Origin: Selaginella moellendorffii
Lineage: Eukaryota > Plantae > Lycopodiophyta
NCBI RefSeq assembly: GCF_000143415.4
Contig: NW_003314302.1
Span: forward strand, 933,820 to 997,819
DNA: 64,000 nucleotides
Direction of reading: 5' to 3'
Made by a program: the position numbers and the translations under genes. Of this stretch, positions 39,490-52,754 are shown one piece after another (the first letter of the stretch is position 1; each line of letters begins with the position of its first letter). The notes beneath the pieces were generated by a model that was given only the letters and a program-made list of their open reading frames with translations, made no database searches and had not been told where the DNA came from.

Positions 39490-42006
39490 TTGAAGCCGAA
39501 TGGAGGCGTGACAACCGGACTCGCTGGCGAATGTGCACTGTGTGTGCAGCGGATCGTAGCAGCAAGGCTACTCTGCCACTTACAGTTGGAGAGTGGCGCT
39601 GAAATCTCCCGGGACGCCAAGTGGGCTGCGTGTGGGTGGCGGAGTGGGCGGCGGAGTTGGCGGCGAAGTTACAAACTGGGTGTGTCTTGAAGTGGACGCC
39701 GATGCACACGAGCGCGATGCGAGCGCGAGTGTGATGCAAGCGCGAGTGGATGCCGATGCACACGAGAAACCTGTAGAGAAGTGGGAGCGCGAGTGGGAGC
39801 GCGATGCGAGCGCGAGTGTGCGAGCGCGAGTACGAAGCAAAATGCAAAACCTAACCTCACACGCGCGAAATGTCACGACGGTTGGTAATCCCGCCACGTC
39901 ATCATTTCTCGGACTTGGGCGCCACCATTAATTTCTGGATCGGCGTGCGCATGCGTGAAATCCAAAAGAAATCCGCAACGTCATCATTCCTCAGACTGCA
40001 TGCACGCGAAATCCAAAAGAAAGATCATGATTGAGATATCATTTAATACCCTCGCTATATTTATACCATGCATGATTGGATATTCCAAAGCATCTTGTAT
40101 TTCCAAAAATGCCAGATGTTCAGCTAAATAAATTGTCAGAGGATGACGTTCAAGCATGTGGGCTCATGCAATTTTGATCCCAAAAAATGCACCAAAAAAT
40201 GCTCGGTGTCATCTGGCGTTATCTCTTGAATAGCGTGGGGCCGCATGCCATTTTCAGGAGCACATAGGAGTATATTCCTAGAATATTCTGACACGCGCGA
40301 GATTGTTTTGAGTTTCCTGGAGATCCAACCGTTAGATCACAACTAGATTTTACAGAATGGTATACAATGTCCTTCTTGATGACCCTGCAAAGAAGCATCT
40401 CGATCGGACACCACATGAGACCACACGAGCCTTACAATGTTTCAGAGGCATTTGCCATAGATCCGACCGTTATTTTGCTCCAAGATTCTACAGTTTGGTG
40501 TGCATTGACCTTTCCATCGACACTGCAAAGGGACATCACAATTAGATGCGGGATCACAAGAAACCAACTTCACTAACTCTGGTTTCACCAAGATCTACGT
40601 AAAGAGTTATGAAATGAAAGGACCCTCTCTATTGAAATGTGTTTATGGTCCTAGGGGCATTGTGACATATCAAAGGATTTTGCATCAAGTTCTGTATTTG
40701 CATGTTTATCAAGTTACTGAATTGCTAAACCCTAAACCCTAAACCCTAAACATGTGGCAAATGCTGCGTGAAGAAAGATGCCCTTTCTGGGCAAATGCTG
40801 TAAGAGGCAGATTCCGAGTAGATGTATCTCAGGCCAGCGAAGGGGACAAACGAAAGCTAGCTATAAACATGACGGGATGCAAATAGATTACTAGGCTGGT
40901 CCTGCGAAAATCAAAAACCATAATTGAAAACATTGAAAATGCAAAAAGAAAGGTTTATAATATTTTTGAATTTTAAGCAACCAAATGAATGTAAGTAGGG
41001 CACGTGTTTGTAAGTTTAAAAATGCCTCAACCACTTAAATTCCCAAGTAAATAAAGCTGTTTCTATTTTTGGTACAGGTAAACTTTATAGCGTGTGGGCT
41101 CATGCAATTTTGAACCCAAAAATGCACCAAAAAATGCTCGACTAGCATTATTCTTTGAATGGCGTGTGGCCTTATATTGCCATAAATGGACGTACACACA
41201 CAGCATAATTATTCCTTTACATGGCGAATAATCTTGGCGCGAATCGCTGACATGGCATGGCAAAGTTCGAATCACTGACATGGCACAGCTGGATCGAGGC
41301 AAGGACATGATGTGACAAAGTTCAACCTCCGACAGCAAAGTCTAGAAGCTACTCAGTTTGAAATTTGTCAGAGGAATCATAAGATCTGGTTTGTCAGAGG
41401 ATTTGATGTGACGTTCAAGCGTGTGTTATTTTTGAATTCTCGAACTCATTCCTAGGTCTATCATTTTTGTGCGCCATGTTCTTGGTTCCGCTGAGCGCAG
41501 TGAGCGCTGCTTGTGTAAGCGGCGTTGTGAGCTGTGGTTTATGCGTCTACAAGCGGTTGCGGCATTGCGAGCGCCATTGCGAGCGGCAGTTTATGCGAGT
41601 GGCAGTTTGTGCGAGCGGCGCTACGAGCAGTTGCGGTGTTGCGAGCGGCACTGTCTTTGGTGTGGCTACCGCTTCCTCTTGATATTCGGCACTTGTGCTT
41701 CCTGGTATGTTCACCATGGAATGGTTTAGGACCACATTTAGAAATGGCATGAGGCCACATGCCATCTTGGGCCCTTGCAATTTCATGGCTAGCGTATTGT
41801 CATGTATGTTTTTACTTGCCTGCAGCTGTGTGTATATCAAGATGGCATGAGGGCTCATGCCAATTTTGTGAATGCGAAATTTCACGTGGGTGTCAATAGC
41901 ATGTTTGAATAATGGCATGTGGCCTCATGCTATTTGGTATGTTATGATTTAGGCCATTCTCCAATCATTTTTTGTATGGTCTTAACTACTTTTCTGCACT
42001 TTCAGA

Positions 42007-45000
42007 ATGGCCTTCAGGGTTGGGGAAAAGGTTTACATTTTGAATGGTGGGAAGAGAGTTGCAAAAGGGACCCTTGTGTCTATGGATCGGAACTTTGTTA
42101 TACACTGTCAAAGGCTTGGGGAAGGCAATGCTGCTGTATCAGTGGAGAATGTGGTCGCTATTGAACGAGGAGAGATGGTCGTCGGGGTAAATGTTGTTGT
42201 TGCCTTGAAAAATCTGCAGAAGAAAGCAGATGTTGGGGACAGCGCAAGTGCGACGCATGTTCCCTCCGTGGATCTTAAGAACCGTGCTACATGGATTCAG
42301 GCAAAGGTGTTTCTAAACAACCCCGAGGGGGAGGTGGTAGCTGAGGGCTTAGCCACAATTGTCGATCCAAGAGATGCGGTTGCTAATCAAAAATTGGGCT
42401 GGGATGATATTGGAGTTGCGATTTTAGAGGTTGTTGACACAGAAGAAAACAGTCTGACTATTGGAAGCATTGTGCGGTGGAAATTGAGGCACTTAGTGTT
42501 TGAGAATGTGAAGGATTCACAATCAAACACCACTACAACTAATGACAGAACATCTCTTCATGGGAAAAGAAAGTACACCTTCCTACAGCGCAGCCAAAGG
42601 GATCTGAGCAACAAACCGAAAAGGCAGAAAATGGCGATGGAGGTTCGAATGGTCTCGACAGTTGCTTGTTGCAAGAGGAGGTGCTGTCAACATGCTGATT
42701 GGGATGCTATTGAAGAGGAGAGAGTAAGATACAAGACATTGTCCTGGAAGGCAGCTCGCAATTTTGTGTATGAAGCATTACGGTCATCTGTTGATGCTTC
42801 AGAACATCAGGTGGGGGGCATGGTCTTCCAGAGGGGTTTGGTCTGCATAAAGGCATGGAGAATCATTTATGGAGTCCCTCGAACCACATTCTACAGAATC
42901 AAAACTAAGTTCGAGGAACAAAGGCTTCAACAGGCAGTCCATGGGAACGACGGTACGCACAAAACCAGGGGTCATGTTGTATATGGAGAGGCAATCTTCA
43001 AGAGGTTTGTCGAGACATGTAGCGAGTAGCAACCACATAAAACCCGCCTCTTGGAAGATGGAACTCAAGACACCCAACGAGTTCTCCCTTCCATGTATAC
43101 TAAGGGGGCCATATTGGAAGATGTGAATCGGGAACTCCAGAGTAATGGCTACAGGAAGCAGAGCCAATCTAGATTTAGTAAATTGTGGAGCAACAGGTTC
43201 AGGGATGTGAGTATAGGAAAGTACTCCAGCTTTTCAAAGTGTTACGAGTGCACTGCTATCAAAATGGCTTTGTCGAAGAATTCTTGCAGCGCTCAAGAGC
43301 GAGAGACGTTGGTTAGAAGGCGGCTCGACCACAACATCGAGTAGAGAAGCTGTAGGACTGCATATTATCATAACAAGATTCTCTCCATGGAGAGACCTGA
43401 CTCTTACCTCTGCATCATCCATGACAAAATGGACCAGAAAAAGACGTGCTTACCTCGACTCAATCCTGCCCCCAAGGCAATCTCTTCATCCATGCAGCTG
43501 CCTGTGTCTCTGTTTGGCATAATCGCTCATGGGCATGGTGCCTAGAAATATGGGAACTTCTTTGTACCTCTATGGGGTGGCGGGGGTGCAAACATGATGA
43601 TTGCGTCCCTAGCAAAACACTTAAGGTCTCTGCAAAGTGCGTAGACTGAGCTGAACGGCCAACCCTTGCATAAGGCCCTTGTCGATCGAACCCCATACAG
43701 GGTTCAGCTGGAGGAGGAGCAAAGGCTTGCAGTATCGCGTGGGGCCCCATGCCATCCCAGTGAATATGTTGGCCGTCAGATTGTAGGGTTATCACGTGAG
43801 GCCTCATGCCATTCCGACGAGGCTGGTCGCCCGGTGAATGCACAGCCTCATCCAAACGAAGTAGAATCTCAAGGAAGTTCTTGCGGCCGATGTGGCCTTC
43901 CACCCCATCTTCTGCTCCAAACAGACAATGCTGGCAGTGAGAACAAAAACATGTACGTCTTCGCGTACTTGGCGATGCTTGTTGCCAAAGGCATATTTGA
44001 AACGGTTACACTTGGCTTTCTCATGGTTGGGCACACTCATGAAGACGTCGATGCCATGTTCAGTCACCTAGCAGAGTCCCTCCGGCTATCCAATGTCCTC
44101 ACCCTCCCACAACTCTACGATGAATTCCAAAATTGCATCAAAGGCACTGTTGAAGCTGCACTTGTGACAGAGGTTCCAGACTTTAAGGGGTTTGTAAGAG
44201 GCTACATCAGGGACGAATTCGAAACGCTGATTGGCCGCTCCAAGCCTCTTCAGTTTCATTTCAGCATGCGTGACGGTGCTCCAGTGATGAGGTACAAGAT
44301 GAGAGAATGGGACACAGTGTGGCTGCTAGTGGATGGCATTGAACTCTTCAAGAGAGATCCCATAACTGGGGAACCTATGATTCCTCAGGGTTCCCCACGG
44401 CCGATGCACCCGGATGGACTCAAAGACCAGGAAAGTATAGTGGCCGGGATTAGACAGCATATTGCCTTCTGGAAGAGGGGGTTGGTGTTTGGTGGAGAAT
44501 CCTATTTTAAGAGGTGCAAGCCTTTGCTCGAATACTGGGAGAAGATTATATCTACTATCCAAAATGGGCCGGTTGTATATGAAGAATTGGAAGAGTCCTT
44601 TTGGCCAGAACCCAGAGCACCAGATAGTAGCGGAACAATGTCCTCTAGAAATGCAGTGACAGATAACGATGTTGAGGATCACTATTGTGGGCCAAGGAAC
44701 AAGAAGCCGGATTCAGCATTCAATCCAGTACAGGTCTGCAAAGGAATGGTCGTGCTTGTCAGACCCAGTAATAAAAAACAAATGATATGGGTGGGGCGCT
44801 GCATCACTGATGCAGAGGAGGACGCGGAAACTAACTCCTTCAATGTAACTGTGGAGTGGTTCAAGCCAAGTTCCGGATATATGAAGGATTGCCTAGAAAA
44901 GAGATGGGTGCTGAATCCAAGGGATCCCAGCATGAGCATATCGGTGGATAATGTTGTGCATGGTTGGATGCGGAAGCAGAGTGCCACCATCACCTTGCCA

Positions 45001-45133
45001 GACCATGCAAGAGATGCAGCAAGAGCATTCATAACCCGGGTTCAAGGTGAGATTCATTAATATTCCTTTACTAAGTTTCTAATATATTTTATTTCAAGGT
45101 GAACAATCCGAATCTGAATCAGAGGAGGCGTGA
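42007..45133 (+). pseudogene. Sola-like transposase of copy 2 with four CAG>TAG stops
   Basis: Stops at 43027, 43342, 43543 and 43642; 15-bp in-frame deletion near 42147; otherwise collinear with copy 1. Confidence 0.85.
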
Positions 45134-45749
45134 TGGCATGTGGCCCTTTGCACTAGTATATCTTAATACCGGTCTGAGAAATAGAATGGCATGTGCCCTC
45201 AGGCCTTTTACTAAATCACCTTTGAAAGAAATGCAAGCCTCTATGTCGTAAAAAAAAGGTACTAGAGAAATTCCTTAATAATATGAATGTTATTTAGTTT
45301 CATGAAAATACACTAAGGGTCAAATGAGTTAAATGACTTCTCCAGACTAGCAATGCCTCTTGCTACACCTTCACAATTAGATTCGTTAGAAAAAGATAAC
45401 ATTGAATAATATCTAAATGTTCTCACCATTAAGTTATATGTCTGGCTAATAGGAATGACGTTCATCTTGGAAAGCTCACCACACGCTCAATGAACAAACA
45501 AATAGTGTGTGCGCGCATGCCATCGCTCTTCTTTAGCTTCAGATTCGGCTTGTTCACCTTGACAATGAGATTTATTATACAACCAGATGGACTCAGTCTG
45601 GACACAAAGTCACCGCGCTAGTCACCATGCCCCAGATATGTCTAGCCCCTGGACAAAAAACATATAATTTCACGTCATTTTCAAATACTTGAAAATTTGT
45701 ACCTAGTCCCATTTTACTGAATAAATCCCACTTTAACGAAATAGAGCTT

Positions 45750-46371
45750 CCATGAGGCCCGCGTAGGGCCACGGTGTTCCGAAATGGTGTCCCAAAGTCC
45801 CAGACTGTGGAAAGGAAGAGGGGTAGCCCTCTGGTGTGGTGACCAAGGACACAGTCACACAGTGAGGAAGTCCTAGAGGATGGTGGGACTTAGTGGTCAG
45901 GCCGGTGGGCCTTGATCCAGTGGCAGTGTTGGCGAACACAACCAAGGACAGAAAGGGACTTGGTGGGGACCGGAACAGAGATATTGGGGGAGGCTGTTCC
46001 CCATGTCTATAGGCATCCTAAGGATGTTAAGGAGTGGATCTGGGATGATCCTTCATGGACGGATGACCCAGTCTTTGAGAGACGGGATTGGAATGCAAGT
46101 GGTGTTGGACCACCAGTGTGACCAAGGTAATTGGGCATGGCCTTAGCGTAACGGGCCGATACGTCGGTGGTACCTTGGGGTGTCGATCATGGGATCGAAC
46201 ACGTGGAGCACTTGGACCAAGTGCTAAGGTTGAGTGGCATGGATGCCATTCTCGGGGCTAGCAAGCCCCCAGTCCTGAGTTGGACTTATGGAGGTTGTGA
46301 ATGAGACTCCTCCAAGTGGTCGGAGGTGTGGTTAAGTGACTAAAGTAGAATGGAAAAATTAGTCGCTTATA
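45750..46371 (+). repeat. 3' LTR of A, right part
   Basis: Matches 15948-16570; ends GTCGCTTATA followed by TSD CTACA. Confidence 0.9.
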
Positions 46372-46705
46372 CTACAGTCTTTTGCCTTTTCTTCTGCTTT
46401 TTGTCACGCTTTAGTTTGCATATGAGGGTTTAGCAGGGTATTAGTTTGTGCTAATTGTCCTTCTAGAACATCCAACCAAACTTTAAATGACCAAATTTCA
46501 CCATTAAACTCCTATTTGGAAATTTTCTCACTAGAGTGCTCCTCATGTAAGGATTCCTCATCCATAGCTTTTTGCTCGATTAGAAGCTCTAGTTTTAGAG
46601 GAGGTTCCATTTCTACCTTGGTTCTCTTATACCCTACTTTAGCCATCTCCCAGCAATCCGCCTCTATCCTTCGTTAGAATTAAAGAAAATGCTTTGATAC
46701 CAAAT

Positions 46706-47872
46706 TATAAGCCACAAATATTTACTTTCCAATTTGCTAACTTATTTCATCTATTCGACCAACACTACTTTAGCCTTAGTTAAGTTCCCTTGCTAAAGTT
46801 CCTGCTTATTGTACCAACTCCTACTTGGTCCTACTTGGTTTCAACTACTCACTGCACAAGTAACAAAGTATTAGCCATCCATCCATAGACTCCTAAATTT
46901 TCTCCCAATCCCCTTCCTTGGGTTAAACTAGACTTAAGGTTAGGCTACACCTTCCACAAGTGCAAGCAACTAAGCACACCAAGCCTCTAGGTTTTTAACA
47001 TCCCTTAGTACAATAAAACTTGATTATGGGACCCTCTAAATCCCAAGCCTTGGGTGCATCACTTGCTTCAAGACCCCAACAGGAAACATTATGGCCTAAT
47101 AGCATAATATGGGTACCTCTACTCCTCCATTTCTATCCCGAAGGGAAGACCCAAGCCTCTAGGATGAAGCGAGGACTAATGAGCCACAAAGCACTCAAGT
47201 GAGGCACCACTCCACATGAGTCAGGAGCACTGCAATTGATTTCCCTTCTGGGAGTGGAAGTTGCTTTTGAGCACTTCCTTAGGTGGCCTCTTTAGCACCA
47301 CCTAAGTCCATGCTCACTCCCACCCAAGACCCCCATTCTCACCTCAAATTGATTTGGAAGCACCACTAAAGAGTTCCTTCAAAATTGGTTCTTGGACTTT
47401 ACTATCCCTATTATACTTTTGGAACCCCCTACAACCCCCTTTATGGGACAATCACTTTGAGCTTTCACCCCATGACCTGTATTAGTATTTAGACTCAGTC
47501 TCAGACTCGACCTCGGATTCGGTCTCGAACTCACTCTTAGACCTGACCTTGGACTTGGTCTCGAACTTGATCTCGAAGCTAATCTCGAATCTCGAACTTG
47601 GTCTCGAACTTGGTTTTAGACTTGGTCTCAAACTCAGTCTCAGACTTAGTCTCGAACTCGGTCTCGGACTTGGTCTCAAACTTGGTCTCGGACTTGGTCT
47701 CAAACTTGGTCTCGGAATCAGTCTCGATCTCAAAGTGGGTCTTGAACTCGAGCTCGTAGTTGATCTCGAACTCAATCTTGAACTCAGTCTCATCCGATGA
47801 ACTCTTTATCATTATGATTATGGTTTCAGGGATCCTTTAGCTTACGACACCTTGGGGAGTTGATTCCTTATA
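46706..47872 (-). repeat. 5' LTR of element X
   Basis: Homologous to 6063-8105; next to the PBS; carries a degenerate hexamer array at 47490-47790. Confidence 0.8.
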
Positions 47873-47877
47873 TATGG

Positions 47878-48106
47878 ATGTTAGATGTCAAGGGGAGATC
47901 ATCTGTTGCAAAAAGTTATGGATGGTGAACCTAAATACGAAGTTGAAAGCATTTTATCCTATTGTCAAAAATATGATGGTCACATTAAAGAATATTTAGT
48001 TAAATAGAAAGATTACCCATATTGTGAATCAACTTGGGAGCCTCTTTGTAATTTTACACATGCCAGTGAACTTGTCACAGAGTACAAGAATCATAATAAA
48101 AAGTAG
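47878..48106 (+). pseudogene. Chromodomain end of element O integrase (continuation after the X insertion)
   Basis: Reads DGEPKYEVESILSY....GHIKEYLVK*KDYPYCESTWEP, directly after the duplicated TATGG target site. Confidence 0.8.
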
Positions 48107-48575
48107 CTTTTGTAAATCTTTATAATAAATCTTATAAATCAATAAAGTAATACATTTCCATTAAACATATTATTATAGTTGATCACAAGTCCCTACCTCT
48201 CTCTTGTTGACTCAGTTTTCAAAAATAGCATGGTTGTGTAAATAACTCCATCTACTAGTTTATAATAGTTGTTTAAATCTTCCCAATGGAGTTGATTTAT
48301 GCTTAGGAGAGTTGGGCCTTTAGTTTTCTCTCTATGTCCTTATAGGCAAGGGTGTTCATTCCTTTGTATGCTGAGTGGTACTCGGAGGAACAAGGGTGGC
48401 TAGTTCTATAAATCATTTATTTGTCAGTGATGGCAATGAGTCTTAATGTTTTTGGATGTAAAGGAGAGGTAATTCCCCCACTCATTTAAGTCGGTGTGTT
48501 TCCCACAAAGTATGCTTTTTGTTAACTTTTAGAGTTGTTTCTTTGACAATTTACTAAACTAGGGCATGTGTCAAT

Positions 48576-50065
48576 AAGCTCTATTTCGTTAAAGTGGGAA
48601 TTGTCATTATCCCACTTGTAAAATAAGGTTTCCAAACCTTTATATAGTATATAAATATAATAAAATTCAACTGCATTGAGGCACATGCCATTTTATTTTA
48701 AACAAGGAAATGTCTACTCAATCACTTCTCCTCCCCCTGCCACTGCTTCACCTCTCTCTTCTCCTTGTCATCGTCGTCCAATTTCTTTCCATCCTTTTAA
48801 TATTGGCTCAGTTGCTCCGAGTCTAGGTGGAGCCCAAGTCCCCATTCAATCTTTACTTTCCCCTTATTAATAAAACAACTTCGTAGACTTCCAATAACAT
48901 ACTGTAACACTTCTAGTATAATGCAAATCCTCTCAAAGAATTGTCTTTTAATATTAGTACAATGGCATGGAACCCCATGCCATAATAAGTTACATTTTTA
49001 AATAAATACATGCCATCTCAGACTGTTATTTTTTGCCTCAAACGCCTATACAATAATCTTGGAATTTCATCACTCTCCACACTATCAGGATTTAAACCCA
49101 ATAGTAATGCCATCTCTTCTCTAATACGTCCACGCTCATGTTCAGTGGTCGAAGAACTCATCCGGTTGAGCAGATTATGGAGATGCGGATAGTGCTTGGC
49201 TAGACAATATACATGCCATAAATGATGACTGGTGTCTGTCCGATCAAATGGCTTCTAATATACCGTTCCATCTGCCATTTGGTTGATTTCTGCAGCCACC
49301 TCCTGGACTGGCCGGTTCTCTATCACCATCGCTCCAAGCCGTTTTGCAAGGTCCCCCAGAACATATGGTTTCTTCTCCCTAGTTTCCATACTGCAAGAGA
49401 TGGGGTGCACTGCATATGTGTGCGTGTTTGTTGCAGTTTTAATTGGCGAGTCATTGATGATGAGGATTTCACTTGACCTAGTAGTCCGGTTCATCACTAC
49501 AGCCTCTGGCTTGACGAAGATGGGCTTGCTACCCCTCACATGGACCATAGTCAAGCAATCCTCCTGCGTTAGGAGAAAGTCAAATGGTAATATTACTCGC
49601 GTCTGATCGTGCATCATCTATAGCAACGTTAATGCATTGTGGCGCATCATGGATGTCCAAACTCCTAATTGCAAATTGAACCCGGCCCTCTGTTTTAAGT
49701 GTCGCATGGTCATTATTAGATCCCGCAGTTTCTCCCGTGTGATTAATGTGAATCTGTCTCTTTTGACCAACTTGCGACCGCAGGCTTTGGAGGGTGCAGT
49801 GACATTCGAGGACGAGCCACGCTCATGGGAGAAAAGGACACCGTTCAGATCAAAAACGATACAGTACCTTCGCCGTGACTCTGAAATGAAATGCGTCAGC
49901 ATAAAAAATGGTACAAGTCAATTTTACCATCTACAATATTAGCGAATGGTGCTCCCGATGGTCGTTAAGAGGGTTTTAGTCGAGGAAACGTGAAGGGCGG
50001 AAATACTCTCCTCTGCAATGTGGGGTCAATCGCATCCGATGGCATGTGGGCACATGCCATTTCAG
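48576..50065. mobile_element. Sola-like transposon copy 3 (cargo-side end only, interrupted by element B)
   Basis: TIR at 48576-48599; reverse complement of ~28861-30350. Confidence 0.9.
49018..50065 (-). pseudogene. 3' part of the cargo gene in copy 3 (FCP1/NIF-like HAD exon)
   Basis: RRRYCIVFDLNGVL intact; CAG>TAG stops at 49618-49620 and 49255-49257. Confidence 0.8.
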
Positions 50066-52754
50066 TGTGAGACACAAAATCCTTAGGCCCCAAAGTGGAG
50101 CCGGAAAGGGTGCCACATGGTAGTGGCTGAAGCGAGAGCCAAACGAGCGTAACACGTTTGGACCAAAAGCTCTGACTTGAAAAGTCAAGAGCGGGAGTGG
50201 AACTCCCAACGAAGTGCTCGAGGAACGAGCACGAAGCGAGCAAAAAGCGAGGCTCCAAAAAGGGACCCAAAAGGACCAACACATGACACGTGGAAGTGTC
50301 CGAGATGGACTCGAGTTGGAGTCCGAAGTGGAGTCCGAGATGGAGTCCGAGGTGGACCCGAGATGGAGCCGAAATGGAGTCCGAGATGGAGTCCGAGATG
50401 GAGTCCGAGGTGGACCCGAGATGGACCCGAAATGGAGTCCGAGATGGAGTCCGAGGTGGACCCGAGATGGACCCGAGATGGAGTCCGAGATGGAGTCCGA
50501 GGTGGACCCGAGATGGACCCGAAATGGAGTCCGAGATGGACCCGAGATGGAGTCCGAGATGGACCCGAAATGGAGTCCGAGATGGACTCGAGATAGAGTC
50601 CGAGATGGACCCAAGATGGAGTCCGAGATGGAGTCCGAGATGGAGTCCGACGTCGAGACCGAGACCGGGACTGAGACCGAGACCGAGACCGAGACCGAGA
50701 TCGGGACCGAGAACGAGACCGAGGCCGAGACCAAGCCCGAGCCCGAGTCCAAGTCCGAGTCCGAGTCCGAGTCCGAGTCCGAGTCTGAGTCCGAGTCCAA
50801 GTTCGAGTCTGAGAGGGTGAAAGCCCAAAGCGTTCGTCTCCCAGACCCTGGGGGGTTTGGTGAGCTCCAAAAGTATAGTAGGGGGAGGACTGCAATGGAG
50901 CCAGTTTGGCCAGGAAAGGCCAGTTTGGCCAGGAAAGGCCAGTTTGGCCCAGGAAGGCCGGACCCAGTGTTGGGTGATGAGCTGCCCACTAGGAAGTCCA
51001 AGACTAGAGTGAACACAGACCGACAAGCGGGGTAGCTTGGTGAAGTGTTCAAGAGCCGGCTCTAGTTCCCCCGGGAGATCGACTGGCCAATGCTCCCAGT
51101 CCAAGTGTGGGTGGCACTACCTACTTGGATACCTGGTGTGGCTCAACGGAACCCGCTCTAAGCCCATGGCTAGAGCACCCAAGGGCAGAAGGCGAGGAGA
51201 GTACCCAGGTGGCTCGCGTAAGGCCACGGTGTTCCGAAATGTTGTCCCAAAGGCCCAGACTGTGGAAAGGAAGAAGAGCAGTCCTCTGGGGTAGCGACCA
51301 AGGACACAGTCGTGTGGTGAGGAAGTCCCAGAGGACCGTGGGACTTAGTGGTCAGGCCTGTGGGTCTCGATCCAGTGGAAGTGTTGGCAAACACGGCCAG
51401 GGGCAAAAAGGGACTTAGTGGGGACTGACAGAGGGATATTAGGGAAGGCTATTCCCCTTGTCGGTGGGCATCCTAAGGATGCTAAGGAGTGGATCTGAGA
51501 TGACCATTCACGGATGGTTTGCCTAGTCTTGGAGAGCCAAGACGGTGATGCAAGTGGTATTGGACTACCAGTGTGGCAAAGGTGATTGGGCATGGCCTTA
51601 GCGTAACAGGCTGCTATATCGGTGGTACCTTTGAGTGTCAGTCATGGGATCGGACACGTGGAGCACTTGGACCAAGTGCAAGTGTTGAGTGGCATGGATG
51701 CCATTCTCGGGGCTAGCAAGTCCCAAGTCCTGGATTGGACTTATGGAGGTTGTGAATGAGACTCCTCCAAGTGGTCAGAGGTGTGGTTAAGTGATTAAAG
51801 TAGAATGGAAAATTTAGTCGCTTACAATTTGGTATCGGAGCTGTTCCTTAGTTCGACTTTTATTGGTGCTCAAGTATATCACCATTGATGTTGGCATTGG
51901 AAGGTCCTAGGAGGGGGCCTATCCTTGAGGAGTAGCCTATCGAGAGGACATGGCTCTCCACTCAAGTTCATGCGTGAACTTGGGCATGATGTGGTGGATA
52001 GAAAAGGGCCAATAATAAAACGACTTTGGGATCTTGGGAACAATATATGGTTTTCCTCAAAGAGTTGAGGATGTGATCCAGATGAGCGTTTGACTTAGCA
52101 AACTGGCTAATATAGTTGTGGTAAACAACTATAGTTGGGATCACGGGAAAGATAAAGACTCCAAAGCAATAAAGGAGTCACAAGATTATCCTCATATAGT
52201 TGAGGTTAGTGCTCATGAATGTGAGACCAGAAGTAATGACCGTGGGAAGTCAAATACGAAAGAGGACTCTAGTCCTTGAAATGGTAGCCAAGGCTACCTT
52301 TAATAAATGCTGGAACAACCCAAGGAGTTGGGGGTGTACTTAGAGATGAGTTGGTACTCTTATCACATGGACAAGTAGTCCTAAGGGGCAAAGGTTGCCC
52401 TAGAGAACAAAATCAAGTGTCAGAGTAACACTTGTGAAAATAGTCCTTGTGAATAGGATGTGAATGCAAGAAGTGTATTCCAGTGAGCAAGTGCCTCACA
52501 AGTAGGACCTTACGGGTCTGTGGATTAACCAAGTCCAAAACTGCTGGATGACTCAAGTAGAGTCAAGGAATGGTCCTAAAGGACTGATGGAAGCATTTGG
52601 ACTGAGGTGTGTAGTACCCCACGAAGGATGGGGGGGATCATAGGATCCAAGGATGAGAACAGAGGGTATTTCATCGATGGCAAAATGTGCTATGCTAAAG
52701 TCGTGGGAAGGGTGTTCCCAAAAGAAAACAACTTTGAAACAAAGTTGTGTATGA

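Larger units (their letters stand above)
33893..45749. mobile_element. Sola-like DNA transposon copy 2, inverted relative to copy 1, with one end deleted
   Basis: Reverse complement of ~18228-29883; TIR at 45726-45749. About 470 bp including the other TIR was lost together with adjacent LTR sequence. Confidence 0.92.
14718..46371 (+). mobile_element. Non-autonomous LTR retrotransposon A (LARD-like, ~4.07-kb non-coding internal region) carrying two DNA-transposon insertions
   Basis: TSD CTACA at 14713-14717 and 46372-46376. 5' LTR 14718-16570, PBS 16574-16585, PPT 32755-32766, 3' LTR 32767-46371 (interrupted). No gag/pol ORF in the internal region. Confidence 0.92.
6063..47872 (-). mobile_element. 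Degenerate Ty3/Gypsy chromovirus X, hosting nested insertions
   Basis: TSD TATGG at 6058-6062 and 47873-47877. Homologous LTRs at 6063-8105 and 46706-47872. PBS (GCTTTGATACCA on +) at 46691-46702; PPT (ATTCCACCACCCAT on +) at 8106-8119. Confidence 0.85.

Noticed and set aside
33893-45749. Copy 2 as an inverted-duplication assembly artefact
   Set aside because: It has its own insertion site, private indels and many substitutions relative to copy 1.
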